Program-made: the position numbers and the translations under genes
The notes under the pieces: model-generated
The model's input: only the letters and a program-made list of their open reading frames with translations
What the model was told of the DNA's origin: nothing
Database searches by the model: none
From: the human T2T-CHM13v2.0 reference genome, Homo sapiens
DNA length: 64,000 bases
Assembly (NCBI RefSeq): GCF_009914755.1
Contig: NC_060927.1
Direction: 5' to 3' (one strand)
Part shown: one piece after another, positions 61,040 to 64,000 of the stretch
Layout: every line of letters starts with the position of its first letter
How positions within the stretch are numbered: the first letter of the stretch is position 1

Positions 61040-62930
61040 GCTGTCATTCACTCAATAATTCAATCATTTCTTTACCCAAAATTTCCAGGGACTCCTGGAA
61101 ATACATCAGTTTAAGAAAAAAACTTACATACTGTCGTATGTTACAATGTAGTATCCATTATGAAGAATAAAGTGGAAGAATGAGTTAGGAATACTTGGGC
61201 AGAGTAGAAAAGACAGTGGTTCTAATTTTGAGTCGGTAGACCAGGAAAAGTGGACATTTGAACAGAAAATTGATGGCGAGGAAGCAAGCCATGCCAATGG
61301 AAACAATCCAAGAAGAGGAAACAGCAAAGACAAAGGCCTTAAGGCAGAAAGTGGCCTAACTTATTTGAGCAATATTCAACAGCCCTGTAAGAATAGAAAA
61401 GCATGAGCCTGGGACAGTATGTTAGAGAGAGGGTCATAGAGGGAATGGAGACACAGGTCATGTAAGGATTTTTGGTATCCTTCAAGTGAAGTAGAGAGCC
61501 ATGGGAAGTTTCAGCAGAAGAGAAATGTGCACTGACTTAGTTTTAAGAGGATCAATTTGGTTGCTCTGGTGAAAAAAGACTGCAATGAGAGTTGTTTGGA
61601 TGCTTTTCCAAGAATCCAGTGGAAAATGTGATTATAATAGGATGAGAATCATAGCACTGGAGGTAAAGTTATATCTAGTAGAATTTGCTGGCTGGAAGTA
61701 GGACATGATATAGAGAATGGAGTGTAGATGTTTTGTTTGTTTTGTGTGTGTGTTTGGTTTTACTTGAAAACTGGAAGGACAAAGTTACATTTACAAGATC
61801 GAAAAGACAGGACTAACACAACAAAATAACGACAGCTCAGTTTTCATCATGTAAAGTTGAAGAGACCTATTAAGCATTCATGTGAAGATGATAAGTAACA
61901 ATTGGGTTAATAAATGTGAAATTTAGAAGAAAGTTCTACACTTTAGATAAACTATCTGAAAATCATGTGGACAGTCAATAAAAACATGAGACTGAATGAG
62001 CTCATCAAATGCATGAGTATAGCTAGAGAAGAAAGCAAAAATGTTAGGACTTGTGGTCTCACATACTCCAGCCTTAAAGAGATCAATCAGATGATGACAT
62101 ACAAGCAAAGGTGTCAGAGAAAAAGAAGAAAATAAAAAAGAAAATAAAATAAAACGAAAGAAAATGTATTTAAAAAGGAAGTGGTGTTCAACTGGGGCAA
62201 ATGCTCTTCATAAGTCAAGATAGATACAAATGGATTTAGCAATGTGGAAACAAGCAATGTAACCTTGGTAATTGCCAATTACTATACGATATATAAATTA
62301 ATCATATAATCACCTGAAGAAATGTAAATTTGCTACTGCAAAACAATGGTACAATAAGATTCAACTACAGGAAAATTCACCATAGTGAAAGAAGGCTAGG
62401 AAGATTTCTTAGAGAAAATGATGGTCAGAAAAATGCTGAATAACTAGTGAGCATTAACTGGGCAACAGAGGGAAGAACTGCCCAAGTCAAGGGAATGTCA
62501 GCAGGGGACTAAAAGACAGCAAGTAGAGTTTCTGGAGAACATCAAAGGGAACGAGGGTTAAAATTAGAGGGGATAGATAGGCAGCCCATGCAGTGCCTTG
62601 ATATTTACAGGGTTTTCTTTTTTCTGTTGGGTTTTTTTTCAATTATTATTATTTCCTTGTTTGCTTTTTTCTTATTCTAAGAACAATGGGAAGCCATTAA
62701 GTGGTTTTAAAAGGGAATGGGGTAGAGATAGGGGTGGTGGAATATTCTTACATTCACACTTTGAAAAAGATCACTGGCTGCTCATGAAAAAACAGATTAG
62801 TAGAGACTACTATAGATGACAAAGAGAAAAGGTGAATTGCCTGGAAACTTACAGTAGTCCAGGGAGAAATAATGGTAGATTGGCCCAGAGTGGTCAGTGG
62901 TAATGTCAGAGAGAAATTGGCAGATTCACG
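61040..62930 (-). mobile_element. LINE-2 relics (probably two pieces)
   Basis: gagccatgggaagtttcagcag, aacaatgggaagccattaagtggttttaa, aaagatcactggctgct, agtagtccagggagaaataatggt. Confidence 0.75.
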
Positions 62931-63486
62931 AGAATAGAAATTCCTTTCAAGAATACAGTTGAAACAGCAGTCAGAAAAAATTAACTGAACTTGAATTAAA
63001 TAAGTGCCCTTAAATATTTGTGAATTATTTAAAACATTTTGTTATTCTTCATTTATCTTCATTGCCATCAGTACTGGAGACCAACAAGCAGACACCTAGA
63101 ATGACAGTCCTGATCTTGTCCTCATGTTAGCCCACAGGAAAGTACATTTATGGTGTACTGTGTAAGACAAGTGAAAGTGAAGGGAAAACCATAAATTTTA
63201 TTACTGGAATAATAAGATAAGAAGATAAGATCTTCTTTACCTAAAGTAGTTCTTGTCTGTATTACTGATTCTCGTAATCGAAAATTTCATACATATAAAC
63301 AATTTAGGTGGGAGGAAACTTTATATTAAAAATAACTTGTCAAGAATGACATGCCAAACAAAGCTCATGTAAAAACTGCACACCTAAATTGTATATTCTA
63401 GTTGTTTCTATTTTGAACAGGGCAGATGAAAAGTTACTTGTACATTTGATTCTTGATTATCATGCAATACAAGGTTATTTTAATGA

Positions 63487-63852
<366 letters not shown>

Positions 63853-64000
63853 TAATTTAACTCACTCTTTATGTGTTTTCCCATCTTGGCCAAGCAAAAA
63901 TTACCTACCAGCAGAACAGGATTTCAAAACGTTTCCGTGTAATCTGTTTTCTCTAAGATGGGTTAATCATCTGATGGGCACTGAGTTCACTTAATAAGCA

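Overview
AT-rich human/primate genomic DNA, almost all intronic and repeat-derived. The one coding signal I can support is at 52477-52543 (+). It is a 27-nt cassette microexon (52517-52543, AAASKNKVK/G). Its upstream polypyrimidine tract also reads as an in-frame alternative N-terminus, MFVLFLCNLSLVP. I recognise both peptides as CADM2 (SynCAM2/Necl-3) isoform N-termini, which places the window in the very long 5' introns of CADM2, transcribed on +. The supplied ORF track (>=60 aa) misses this exon; its ORFs are Alu, L1 or LTR read-throughs or chance. The rest is many Alus, L1PA/L1PB/L1M fragments, a complete LTR-int-LTR MSTA MaLR, solo LTRs (THE1, MER4A1, MLT1, MER52), DNA transposons (MER20, MER5A, MER1B, Tigger2a), MIR/L2/L3 relics and STRs. 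Structures not explained by repeats: a ~215-bp ~90%-identical inverted duplication bracketing 1.5 kb (30714-32961), a diverged ~85-bp local templated copy, a probable antisense 3'UTR retrocopy (from ~34260), a perfect 50-bp palindrome, and a dense neural splicing-motif cluster around the microexon. Repeat subfamily names are from recalled consensus motifs, not a database search. I see no evidence for a wholly new multi-gene system.
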